From the NCBI GenBank assembly GCA_045601985.1, contig JAZSAQ010000101.1, forward strand, positions 17,019 to 81,018: DNA of 64,000 nt. Reading direction: 5' to 3'. A program made the translations under genes and the position numbers. The stretch comes from Lawsonibacter sp. (GTDB lineage: Bacteria; Bacillota; Clostridia; Oscillospirales; Oscillospiraceae). The notes beneath the pieces are model-generated. The model worked only from the letters and a program-made list of their open reading frames with translations. It searched no databases and was not told the DNA's origin. Positions 50,702-59,432 of this stretch are shown here, one piece after another (position 1 is the first letter of the stretch; the number at the start of each line of letters is the position of its first letter).

Positions 50702-51862
50702 ATGTATATCACTACCCCGCTGCCTCCTCGACATCCCCAAATCCCTATGGAGGCTCTGTTCGATTTTGACAACACCTTTTCTGCAGACCGCTACAAACCG
50801 TTTTACGACCCCAGCGCTACCACAACGTCCGTCCGGGACAGCGTGCCCGCCTCTGTGTATTCCAGATGGCGCCCGGAACGCCTCGTACATAACCTGCGGA
50901 GGTTTGTCGAAGCTCATCAAGCGGTGATCGGCCTGAGCGATTATCGACACCTCTACAACCACTACGAAATCCCCAAGAAGAACGGCAAGACGCGTCCCAT
51001 TGATGAGCCGTTGCCTCTTCTGCGACTGGCGCAAGACTCCCTGGTTCAAATCATCGAGGATTGCATGCCGGCAACGCACCACTCGGCGGCCTACGCCTAT
51101 GTCAAGCGTCGCGAAACGCTGGACGCAGTCAAGAAGCATCAAGCCAACGAGTCTTGGTGGTTCGCCAAGTTTGACTTCACCAACTTTTTTGGCTCGACTA
51201 CTCCCGAGTTCCTCGAAGCTATGTTGAAGCAGATCTATCCGTTCTCTTGGGCGTACCAGAACGGTGAATGGGAGGTTGTGTCCAAAGCTCTGTCAGTATG
51301 TTTCCTTCGCGGCGGACTGCCCCAAGGCTCCCCGGTCAGCCCCTTGCTGACCAACATCATGATGATCCCCCTCGATTATGCTTTGAACACCGCTCTGCGT
51401 AACTACGAAAAAAGGAGCTTTGTCTACACCCGTTACGCGGACGACATCCAGATTTCCTGTAAGGTTGACTTTGACGTGAAGCTGATCGAGAAGCTGATTG
51501 AGCATACCCTGGGAGAGTTCCAGGCTCCCTTTGCCCTGAACAGAGAGAAGACGCATTATGGTTCTCGCAGCGGCCGAAACTGGATGTTGGGCATCAAGCT
51601 GAACGCCGAAAATAAGACGACTGTTGGCCACGTCAACAAGAAGTTTATGAAGGCGATGTTGACCAACTATGTCTTGGACCGCAAAAAAGGCGCAGACCGC
51701 AAGTGGGAGCTGAGCGAAATTCAGACGCTGTCTGGCAACCTCAGCTACTACCGCCACATCGAAAAGGAATATTTTGACCAAGTCGTCCGGCGACTGGGCG
51801 AGAAGTTCGGCGTTGACATTGACGCCGCGCTGAAGCACGACATCAAAACTATGAGCGTATAA
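50702..51862 (+). CDS. Retron-like reverse transcriptase
   Basis: IPKKNGKTRPI, AYAY, KFDFTNFFGS, LPQGSPVSP, YTRYADDI; 386 aa, no maturase or nuclease domain. Confidence 0.93.
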   Translation: MYITTPLPPRHPQIPMEALFDFDNTFSADRYKPFYDPSATTTSVRDSVPASVYSRWRPERLVHNLRRFVEAHQAVIGLSDYRHLYNHYEIPKKNGKTRPIDEPLPLLRLAQDSLVQIIEDCMPATHHSAAYAYVKRRETLDAVKKHQANESWWFAKFDFTNFFGSTTPEFLEAMLKQIYPFSWAYQNGEWEVVSKALSVCFLRGGLPQGSPVSPLLTNIMMIPLDYALNTALRNYEKRSFVYTRYADDIQISCKVDFDVKLIEKLIEHTLGEFQAPFALNREKTHYGSRSGRNWMLGIKLNAENKTTVGHVNKKFMKAMLTNYVLDRKKGADRKWELSEIQTLSGNLSYYRHIEKEYFDQVVRRLGEKFGVDIDAALKHDIKTMSV

Positions 51863-51863
51863 A

Positions 51864-52188
51864 GTTCGCGATGCATTTCTGCTATACGCAGGTCTTTTGA
51901 TTTAATCAAAAGAACAGGATTGGCGAAAAGAATAGGGGCAGCTGGGAAGGCAGGGGCCGATCAGGTACTTAGCAACAACCCAGTTCGCAGGCTTAATAAA
52001 GCCGGAGCGCCGAGAACTCCACAGAAAAACCCAACAACTTGGTAACCAACAGATACCATTCGGCGGTCCGCAATCCCAGACCCATCGCCACCAACATCAT
52101 CGCAACAACCGTTCCAACAACTCTGAAGTCATCTCGACGCGAGGTTACACCGCAAGGCGCCTCCAAGATGACCTTTTAGATCGCGAAC
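51864..52188 (+). ncRNA. Retron-like msr/msd element R4
   Basis: IR GTTCGCGAT/ATCGCGAAC, GCATTT, CTGC-tatac-GCAG, TCTTTTGAT-tta-ATCAAAAGA, ACAGGATTGGCG. Confidence 0.85.
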
Positions 52189-52219
52189 AAATACTGCTTT
52201 TATAAGGAGAGAATAGAGT

Positions 52220-52405
52220 ATGTACGCGAAAATAGTGTTTTTCGCCTATATGGAAGGGAGCGCTCTTGAGTATTGCGCTGAGGCACACGAGTGTCCCGAC
52301 GACATCAATTACGAAGAACTCTCTAACCGCTCTGACGATTTTGCTAACCGCATCGAAGATGTGTATGGCGGACATGCCATTTCGTATGGCTACAAGTTTA
52401 TTTGA
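52220..52405 (+). CDS. Small acidic hypothetical protein
   Basis: AAGGAG RBS, 61 aa. Confidence 0.55.
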   Translation: MYAKIVFFAYMEGSALEYCAEAHECPDDINYEELSNRSDDFANRIEDVYGGHAISYGYKFI

Positions 52406-52438
52406 CGAACAAACAGTGTTTTGATAAGGAGGGTTAAT

Positions 52439-52876
52439 ATGTCCTACAACACTTGGCACATCGATGGCTATGGCATTTGTGTGGACCACATCAAAATTGA
52501 CTCCGTGGACAGGCTGGAAGAATTGCTTTCCTTGGCACCAAAATATCGGCAGGAAATTCACAAATGGTTTAAGGACTGCGACATAGTTGAGCCCACCATC
52601 GACGACTACCTGGAGTTTGACCAAGACTATTATTTGGGATTGGCCACGCTTCTCAAAAATGTTATCGAAGAAGCAGACGGCATGGAGCTTACGGCCTGCG
52701 ACGACTTCGACGGGATTGATTTTCTGGTTTACGAACCATGCTACCCTTGGCAGATGACCAAAGAAGACCTGTCGATGACCGAAGAGAAGGTCGTTCAGCT
52801 ATTCCGAAAATATGTCTCAATTTTGACAGACCAGGCCATTGCCATTGAATACCAGTCAGTTGGAAACGGCGGCTAA
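52439..52876 (+). CDS. Acidic hypothetical protein
   Basis: RBS, 145 aa. Confidence 0.7.
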   Translation: MSYNTWHIDGYGICVDHIKIDSVDRLEELLSLAPKYRQEIHKWFKDCDIVEPTIDDYLEFDQDYYLGLATLLKNVIEEADGMELTACDDFDGIDFLVYEPCYPWQMTKEDLSMTEEKVVQLFRKYVSILTDQAIAIEYQSVGNGG

Positions 52877-52903
52877 CAAATAATGTTTTGATTGGAGGTA
52901 CAT

Positions 52904-53227
52904 ATGAAGATTAAACGCGAAGTCAACGGCGTTCCTATGGAGTTTGAGTTGACTGACGACGAACTCTGGAGCGCTTTTCAAGAAAAGGAGCGGCAATTTG
53001 ATAGGCAGGACATAGAGGATGCTATCTGCGACCTCGAAGACGAGGATGTTGATGACCTCTATGGTGTATCTAGAGAGGTTCTTGAATCTCTATTCGACCA
53101 AATGGCCTCCAAAAAACGTCGATATCAAGATGAATACGGGATGACGTGGACCGAAGCCCGGGACGAGGCGATTCGAGATGTTGTTCGACACTATAAGGAG
53201 GGGCGTCATGAGATTAAGAGTGAATGA
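52904..53227 (+). CDS. Acidic hypothetical protein
   Basis: GGAGG RBS, 107 aa. Confidence 0.65.
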   Translation: MKIKREVNGVPMEFELTDDELWSAFQEKERQFDRQDIEDAICDLEDEDVDDLYGVSREVLESLFDQMASKKRRYQDEYGMTWTEARDEAIRDVVRHYKEGRHEIKSE

Positions 53228-53420
53228 TACGCCCGATTTTAATCTGACGCTGGATCTCAACGTAGACTACGAATCTGAGAGCATTGAGGTCGAAGTGGGG
53301 TTCTGGGACAAGAAGGAGCACACTCGGCAACACTATACGTACCCGGCGGAGCAATTTGGTGCGGCTTTGTATATGTATCGAGGCTGCGAGGCTGTTATCC
53401 AAGAACAAACTAGCGTTTGA
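53208..53420 (+). CDS. Hypothetical protein
   Basis: AAGGAGG RBS, overlaps upstream gene. Confidence 0.55.
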   Translation: MRLRVNDTPDFNLTLDLNVDYESESIEVEVGFWDKKEHTRQHYTYPAEQFGAALYMYRGCEAVIQEQTSV

Positions 53421-53596
53421 TGGAGGTGCGAAATGACTCCGTGCGGGTATTGGATGTTGCTTGTTCGCTGCCCCCAGTGCGAATTCAATCGCTTGGTTGC
53501 GTTCTCACAGGAGAAATGGAGATGTCCTAACTGCGTGGCATGGTACAAAGTGCGAGATACCAGAGCGAGAAACAAATGATGAGAGAAGGGGCATGC

Positions 53597-54217
53597 ATGA
53601 AAAGCGGTGAGTGGATTTGGAACGAGGAGGATGAATGCTGGGTCTGTAGGTGTTGCGGGATGGCGGCATTGAACGACTATCGCGGCAATTCAGCGGATAG
53701 TGATTACTGTCCGCATTGCGGAAAAACAATGAATAGCGTTTTGATAGGAGGTTTATCAATGGATAGGCTAATCAACGCAGAGGCTTTTCTTGAAATGTTG
53801 GAGAGAGCCGAAGCGGATGTCGGCGAATGTGATGGGTATAGCGTTCGGTATGGCTTCAGTGTTGCCAAACTCAGAGAGCTGATTTTCGGCGTTGAGTCCG
53901 CAGAAAAGGAAGCGGAGAATCGGGTCGGACAGGTGACTATGGGCGACGCAACAATTAAGATTCCGCTTAACAACGGGTTGTATCTGGTTGCCGAGCAGAA
54001 CACGGATCCCGCATTTTTTAAGGAGCTTTTTATTGGGCTGAGTGATGGTCAGCTATGGTATCAAGATTTGGCTGTCATACGGCCTTCGTACGAGATTCAG
54101 AACGACCTGTCCACGAAATGGGACGATGAAAAATTCGACGTTCTGGTGTATGCGGACAAGGACCAGGAGGATTATACCCACGAGTTCCATGTCGATCTGT
54201 ACCATGGCGGGGTATAA
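53597..54217 (+). CDS. Hypothetical protein with N-terminal zinc ribbon, probably an in-frame fusion of small genes
   Basis: CRCC...YCPHCG, internal AGGAGG RBS and ATG at 53759. Confidence 0.55.
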   Translation: MKSGEWIWNEEDECWVCRCCGMAALNDYRGNSADSDYCPHCGKTMNSVLIGGLSMDRLINAEAFLEMLERAEADVGECDGYSVRYGFSVAKLRELIFGVESAEKEAENRVGQVTMGDATIKIPLNNGLYLVAEQNTDPAFFKELFIGLSDGQLWYQDLAVIRPSYEIQNDLSTKWDDEKFDVLVYADKDQEDYTHEFHVDLYHGGV

Positions 54218-54248
54218 CAAATAGATTTTTGACGGGAGGATAGCGCAT

Positions 54249-54479
54249 ATGACTGAATTTACATTCACCGAAAACCAGGCGGAGTGGTTGCGCAATTTGT
54301 TGAGTGATGCCGCCGATGAAGAATTTGGGACCGCGCAGCATTGCCATCTGTTTGCGCTCGGCAGCGATACAGGCGAGAGTGCAGCGCAATGGGAAGAATA
54401 CGCCGACGAGCATCGTGAATATGCAGGCATTTTGCGGCGACTAATGACGGAACTCGGCATCGATAAATCGGAGGAGTGA
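54249..54479 (+). CDS. Hypothetical protein
   Basis: GGAGG RBS, 76 aa. Confidence 0.6.
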   Translation: MTEFTFTENQAEWLRNLLSDAADEEFGTAQHCHLFALGSDTGESAAQWEEYADEHREYAGILRRLMTELGIDKSEE

Positions 54480-54772
54480 TTATGTGGGCGAAGTTTATTG
54501 ATGAATGGGAACAGACGCGTGCTGTTATTCAAAGTAGGCAGCATCACTATCTGAAAATCTTACCAGAATATTACTTGGCAATTGAAGATGGCACCAAGAC
54601 CTTTGAGGTGCGTTTTAACGACCGCAACTACCAGGTTGGCGACGTTCTGCATCTGCAAGAATTTGTCCCGCCGTCCACCTATACAAGTAGAGAGCTTGTA
54701 AAAACAGTGACATACATATTGGACGACGACAATTTCTGCAAAAAAGGGTTTGTCGTAATGGGGTTGAAGTAA
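54476..54772 (+). CDS. DUF3850 / ASCH-PUA-like protein
   Basis: HYLKILPEYY...GTKTFEVRFNDRNYQVGDVLHLQE. Confidence 0.8.
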   Translation: MIMWAKFIDEWEQTRAVIQSRQHHYLKILPEYYLAIEDGTKTFEVRFNDRNYQVGDVLHLQEFVPPSTYTSRELVKTVTYILDDDNFCKKGFVVMGLK

Positions 54773-54798
54773 TCAAAGATTTGTGCTGGAGGAGTGAA

Positions 54799-54984
54799 AT
54801 GGACGACCGGTTTTGTGATGTGATCGAAAACGGCCGCAACATCAAAATGCACAACATGACGGGTTGTGGCATTGGGGAAGGCTGGACTTTGGACGACTGC
54901 GAGGGCAGATGCCCCAAGTATTACAGTTGTTATGCGGTGGCGTTGGCGAACGATGTCCTAAAGGAATTCGAAGAAAACAAATAA
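54799..54984 (+). CDS. Small Cys-rich protein
   Basis: GGAGG RBS, CEGRCPKYYSC. Confidence 0.5.
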   Translation: MDDRFCDVIENGRNIKMHNMTGCGIGEGWTLDDCEGRCPKYYSCYAVALANDVLKEFEENK

Positions 54985-55006
54985 AGTTTGATAGGAGGCA
55001 GTATCT

Positions 55007-55285
55007 GTGGCGCGAGTAATGTTGGTGTTAACCGACCAAGAAGTCCGAGAGAGAATCCCGTACGCTCTGATTTGCGAAACAATGCTTGGCGCGTCTTGGG
55101 GGACGGGACGCCGCCGTCGTGCTTGGGTGGCGGAGTTCACAGAAAGTGAGCGCCGGGCGTGCCTGCGTCTCCGCGACCAGGCAAGAAAGTGGCATTTGGT
55201 CGTTGGTGTGCCGGACGAAGTGGAGATGTCGCTCTCTACTCTGAACTTATGGGACCGGCTCGCCTCATTTTGCGCATCGATTTAA
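55007..55285 (+). CDS. Hypothetical protein
   Basis: AGGAGG RBS, GTG start, 92 aa. Confidence 0.6.
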   Translation: MARVMLVLTDQEVRERIPYALICETMLGASWGTGRRRRAWVAEFTESERRACLRLRDQARKWHLVVGVPDEVEMSLSTLNLWDRLASFCASI

Positions 55286-55371
55286 GGAGGTTTGGCATGA
55301 ACTGGATGAGAGAGAAGCTGATGCCACACCCGAAGACTTCGACGAGTTAGTAAGCGACACAAACAAATAAC

Positions 55372-55676
55372 TATTTGCAATGCATTTTCGTATTATACGA
55401 ATCTCTAAATTTTATTTGGAGAATAGGATTGGTGGACTGAAGAACAGCGAGCTATTGATGCAGCAGGCACCGTCGGTGAGATTCATCAAACTCCCAAAAT
55501 AAAAATTCAGACACCTCGGCGACGCGACAACCCCAAACCATCTGGGCCGCAAGCATCTTTCACAGAGCAAACGAGTCAGCCGCCCGTCATTGGGATTATC
55601 GAGCACCTAGTAAGCACGCTGAGAAGGATCTCTTCTTCAGAGCGCTGACTGGGCATATGCATTGAGATTGCAAATA
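55372..55676 (+). ncRNA. Retron-like msr/msd element R5
   Basis: IR TATTTGCAAT/ATTGCAAATA, GCATTT, TTCGTA-tta-TACGAA, TCTCTAAAT-ttt-ATTTGGAGA, ATAGGATTGGTGGA. Confidence 0.85.
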
Positions 55677-55890
55677 AAACAACAAACAAGATTTTTATGG
55701 AGGTATATATGAAGCTTAAAGTGTTGGCAACTATCTACTTTGAGCCTGATGCAGAAATGAGCGAAGAAGGCGCTCTGGATCAGCTACAAGCAACGCTAGA
55801 AGAGAATTTGGATGGCACGGGTGTATCATATGAGCTCCATCGTGGAGTTGGCTATTGCTTCTGATCAAATGAGGTTTTGATGAGCGGACT

Positions 55891-56097
55891 ATGAAGGAAA
55901 TTTTGAGAATATACGCAAAGATTGTGGTTTTCTTTCTTCTGCCTATATTGTGCATTATATCACTGATGGCGCATTGCATTATAACTTACGTAAATAACTC
56001 AATTCTTGAGGTTGTTTTGGCTGCCACTGCAGCAATAGTCATTGGACCGCTAGCAATTTGGTGGGGCTTTTGGCTAGCCACACACGACATAAAATGA
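55891..56097 (+). CDS. Small membrane protein
   Basis: Two hydrophobic segments in 68 aa. Confidence 0.5.
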   Translation: MKEILRIYAKIVVFFLLPILCIISLMAHCIITYVNNSILEVVLAATAAIVIGPLAIWWGFWLATHDIK

Positions 56098-56118
56098 AGC
56101 TTTGATGGAGGTGGACAT

Positions 56119-56355
56119 ATGGGTGATCTTGCGATTGCGTGTGCCGATTTGAGCGAATCCGTTGACAAACTTGGTGAAGCTACCGCCAAGTCTGAGCGGA
56201 GCATGCGGGAAATAGCAGAGATGGCCGACCGTTGCCTCAAAATTCAAGACGAGATAATCAGAGACTTGCGCTCGATAGCATCCAAAATGCGGCCGATGAG
56301 GTGCACCATGCAGGTTTACATTCGAGGGCATGGGTGGAAGGAGATAAAACAATGA
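56119..56355 (+). CDS. Hypothetical protein
   Basis: GGAGG RBS, 78 aa. Confidence 0.5.
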   Translation: MGDLAIACADLSESVDKLGEATAKSERSMREIAEMADRCLKIQDEIIRDLRSIASKMRPMRCTMQVYIRGHGWKEIKQ

Positions 56356-56654
56356 AGATATGGGTTGACGATATCCGGACGCCGCCGTCGGAGGACTACG
56401 TGTGGTGTCTGAGTGTTAATGGCGCCAAAGATGCTATCACAAATTTTAGTGAATGGTTTGGGATTCCCATTGAAGTAATTGATATGGATCATGATGCCGG
56501 AGACTATGCGGCTGATGGCGGCGACTATGTTAAACTCCTCGATTGGCTCGAAAGAACGAAGCGCTCTTACCCTATTCGTATTCATAGCATGAACCCCGTC
56601 GGAGTAGAAAATATGCGCCGTATTATTCGGCGCAATGGATGGCAGGAGGTTTAA
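56352..56654 (+). CDS. Cyclic-phosphate-processing receiver-like domain protein
   Basis: MKIWVDDIRTPP, IDMDHDAGD, IHSMNPVG. Confidence 0.75.
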   Translation: MKIWVDDIRTPPSEDYVWCLSVNGAKDAITNFSEWFGIPIEVIDMDHDAGDYAADGGDYVKLLDWLERTKRSYPIRIHSMNPVGVENMRRIIRRNGWQEV

Positions 56655-56704
56655 CAACGCTTAACAGAGGCGCGAGCCTACGTGGAGCCAAAGGAGGAAA
56701 TGTC

Positions 56705-56902
56705 GTGAAGAAGAAATACTGCGTGACGATTGTCAGGTATGGGTGTCTGTTCGTGGAAGCGGAAAACGACACCGAAGCGATGGATCTTGCCGACCACCAG
56801 ACCACAGACACTGTGAGTTGGTCGGACGATTGGACACCGACAGACGCGAACGAAGATGACTCCTACTGTGGTGAGTACATCCAAGAGCGTGCTTTCGATT
56901 AA
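56705..56902 (+). CDS. Small acidic protein
   Basis: AGGAGG RBS; KKYCVTIV...VEAENDTEA. Confidence 0.55.
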   Translation: MKKKYCVTIVRYGCLFVEAENDTEAMDLADHQTTDTVSWSDDWTPTDANEDDSYCGEYIQERAFD

Positions 56903-56931
56903 CAAATGAGAATTTTATGAGAGGAGGGGCT

Positions 56932-57294
56932 ATGATGACGCTTTATGATTATGTGCGCAATGCTCACAGGTTTTATAGTGGCGCAGAGCGAACAGACATC
57001 TGGTGGGAGAACTCTGGCTTTGGTCTGGCTCTGCGAAACGGTCTGCGTCAAGGTATGCAATTGACAGCGAAAGATTATGTGAAATTCGCACAGCACGGCT
57101 ACGACAGGGAGCGTGTGTTGTCCGCAATGTTCTGTTTATCTCCGGAAGAGCTCGCACATTCTTTCGGGACCTACACCCTATTGACGGCGTACATTATGCG
57201 AGAGTGTAAGCTGGACAAAGATGCTGCGGAAGACCTCGTGTATCGCGTCGGACCATACCTCGATCGGTGGTTGGAAGAAGGTGGAGAGGGGTAA
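56932..57294 (+). CDS. Hypothetical protein
   Basis: GAGGAGG RBS, 120 aa. Confidence 0.6.
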   Translation: MMTLYDYVRNAHRFYSGAERTDIWWENSGFGLALRNGLRQGMQLTAKDYVKFAQHGYDRERVLSAMFCLSPEELAHSFGTYTLLTAYIMRECKLDKDAAEDLVYRVGPYLDRWLEEGGEG

Positions 57295-57304
57295 GTAGCA
57301 CAGG

Positions 57305-57400
57305 CCGACTTTCTGCCGGGTGGGGGGTGGTAGCCTCATCCGACCTGCTTTCCTTTCGTCGGATATCGCCGCACGGCGGCGGCATCCGGCAGAGAGTCGG
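57305..57400 (+). ncRNA. Candidate four-way-junction structured element
   Basis: 18-bp closing stem CCGACTTTCTGCCGGGTG/CATCCGGCAGAGAGTCGG with G-U pairs enclosing three hairpins. Confidence 0.45.
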
Positions 57401-57426
57401 ACGCTAAAACAACGACAATCAATTTT

Positions 57427-57714
57427 TGTTGCAATGCATTTCCATACCTATGGATCTCTTGATTTGATTAAGAGAGTAGAACTGGTGGACGGGAAAGGCT
57501 GCCCAGGACGAAAGCCTCGAGCATCCCCGCGGCACGACCACAGTCGCACAAGGACAAATCCAACGCCATCCAAAGGACACGCAAAAGCACTGTACCACAA
57601 GGATTACGGGCACGCAAGACACCAGGAGAACACGCACCAGCATCGCTGAAAACCCTGGATCCACCTAGACGAACGGGCGTCAGAAGGGTTCAAGAGCGCA
57701 TACAGATTGCAACA
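57427..57714 (+). ncRNA. Retron-like msr/msd element R6
   Basis: IR TGTTGCAAT/ATTGCAACA, GCATTT, TCCATA-cc-TATGGA, TCTCTTGAT-ttg-ATTAAGAGA, GTAGAACTGGTGGA. Confidence 0.85.
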
Positions 57715-57732
57715 CACAAAGGGGGTTAATTT

Positions 57733-58584
57733 ATGGGTCTAGCACAAATAGTCTCGTCCGATGTGAACAAAGGTGCGGGACGGGCGCCGCAGATTTTGCC
57801 CGGCGAAAACCGCGCCGAAGCGTATATGCGGCGGAAAGAGGACAGCAAAAAGGTTGACGCGCTGGAGAGCGCACAAGAAGTTAACCAAATTGTAGAGTAT
57901 TTTTTGGAAAAGCGTATGTTCCGGACTGCGTGTTTCTTCGTGTTGGGATGCAACACGGGTGTGCGCCCCAGCGACCTCCTCGAGTTTGAGTGGGGATGGG
58001 TGCTGGACGCCGACGGACAGTACCGACTTACTGCCGGCATTGTCGAGTCCAAGACCGGCAAATCAAAACCTCTTATCTCCAATGATGCCATTCGCGTGGC
58101 TGTGGAGCTATATCGAGATAGTTTGCAACAACCGATTGCGTTGCGCTCTTTTATGTTCACAAGCCAAAGCAATCGCGTGGGGCATGTGCCCGTGTCTCTG
58201 CGCGGCCAAAACACAACCTCGGTTTATGCCATGGACTCTCGCGTACAGCCTGTCAACGTGAGGTCTATGAGCCGCGACATTCGCACGGCAGCGAGAAGCC
58301 TTGGGTTGTACCGCCCGGACAGAAAGGTGTCTTCTTATTCGATGCGAAGCACCGCCCTGAGTGCCTTGGCTGGCTTGGTGGACGGTGTGGAGATTTCTGA
58401 TGCGGCAATTCGTCGCTTGGCTGGTATTGAGTTGGCCAAAATGTTGGGTAACCATGCAAAAGTGACGACGACCAGCCAACACTACTTGGACCACAATTTG
58501 TATCGTAAGCAATTGGAGCCAGCCCTACGAGAGTTAAACCTTGGGTTGCCGGCTCTGCGCAAATACCAACAGAAAGGAGAATAA
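57733..58584 (+). CDS. Tyrosine recombinase, catalytic domain only
   Basis: NTGVRPSDLL (R), ESKTGK (K), YSMR in place of HxxR, GNH, TSQHY; no N-terminal binding domain. Confidence 0.8.
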   Translation: MGLAQIVSSDVNKGAGRAPQILPGENRAEAYMRRKEDSKKVDALESAQEVNQIVEYFLEKRMFRTACFFVLGCNTGVRPSDLLEFEWGWVLDADGQYRLTAGIVESKTGKSKPLISNDAIRVAVELYRDSLQQPIALRSFMFTSQSNRVGHVPVSLRGQNTTSVYAMDSRVQPVNVRSMSRDIRTAARSLGLYRPDRKVSSYSMRSTALSALAGLVDGVEISDAAIRRLAGIELAKMLGNHAKVTTTSQHYLDHNLYRKQLEPALRELNLGLPALRKYQQKGE

Positions 58585-58586
58585 GG

Positions 58587-58784
58587 GTGGAGCGCTATTA
58601 TGACAGGCACAGCAATGATGTCACGCCGATATGCGTCGACGAGTCCGTCGTGTGTCACGACATTGGGTACGGCGTTTGCAACCATTACAAAACGTGCCCC
58701 AACCATTATGACGGCTGTTTGTATGAGTGGCAACGTATGCGCCACGATGAACAGATGCGGCGCCTAAGACGACAAACATCCTAA
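58587..58784 (+). CDS. Small Cys-rich protein
   Basis: AAAGGAG RBS, GTG start. Confidence 0.45.
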   Translation: MERYYDRHSNDVTPICVDESVVCHDIGYGVCNHYKTCPNHYDGCLYEWQRMRHDEQMRRLRRQTS

Positions 58785-58818
58785 GTGGCGCCTAACTTAA
58801 TAACGAAAACAATATAAG

Positions 58819-59086
58819 GTTTGCAATGCATTTCCATTTATGTGGATCTCTTGATGTGATCAAGAGAATAGGATTGGAGGGACGACGGGAGACGAACCAG
58901 CAAAGAGATCGTGCCTTCGCCGAATCTCGTCAGAGTCATCCATCAGACAATTCTGGCGTAACAACGTGAAGCCCAGTAGCTGCAACAGATTCAGATAGAG
59001 GCGCCCTCGCCAGCTCTGTTAGAGTTTAGTCGCGGAACTCCAGAAACCAGTTCCGTTCCAGGGAAAAGGCGATTTAGATTGCAAAC
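58819..59086 (+). ncRNA. Retron-like msr/msd element R7
   Basis: IR GTTTGCAAT/ATTGCAAAC, GCATTT, TCCAT-ttat-GTGGA, TCTCTTGAT-gtg-ATCAAGAGA, ATAGGATTGG. Confidence 0.85.
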
Positions 59087-59126
59087 AAGTAACAAATGAT
59101 TATTTGGTAAGGAGGTAACAACCATA

Positions 59127-59420
59127 ATGGGAGATTTATTGACATATAGCACGACGAGGCGAAAGATTGCCTCTTTTGTTTCTGAGCACATGCACCACTT
59201 TGGTCGCGTGAATATGAACGGTATGATTAACGATCTACGGAAAATCAAAGCTATGGTAGAGGATAACTACACTACGGCATCGTACATGACGTATGACATT
59301 GGTTATCATGGTTGGAGTGGCGACGCCGCTCAAAATATGTACGATATCGAAAAAGCAATCACGGATCGCATGCTCGAGATTTACGCGATTTGTATGATGG
59401 GGCTTGGGGAGCAACCGTAA
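59127..59420 (+). CDS. Hypothetical protein
   Basis: AAGGAGGT RBS, 97 aa, sandwiched between R7 and R8. Confidence 0.6.
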   Translation: MGDLLTYSTTRRKIASFVSEHMHHFGRVNMNGMINDLRKIKAMVEDNYTTASYMTYDIGYHGWSGDAAQNMYDIEKAITDRMLEIYAICMMGLGEQP

Positions 59421-59432
59421 ACCCAACCCAAG

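Noticed and set aside
50702-51862. RT as part of a diversity-generating retroelement
   Set aside because: Has QGSPVSP rather than the DGR-type GNLTSQ motif, and I found no TR/VR pair differing at adenines in this window.
50405-52188. Group II intron
   Set aside because: RT is short, has no maturase or endonuclease domain, no domain V/VI is visible, and no host gene is interrupted.
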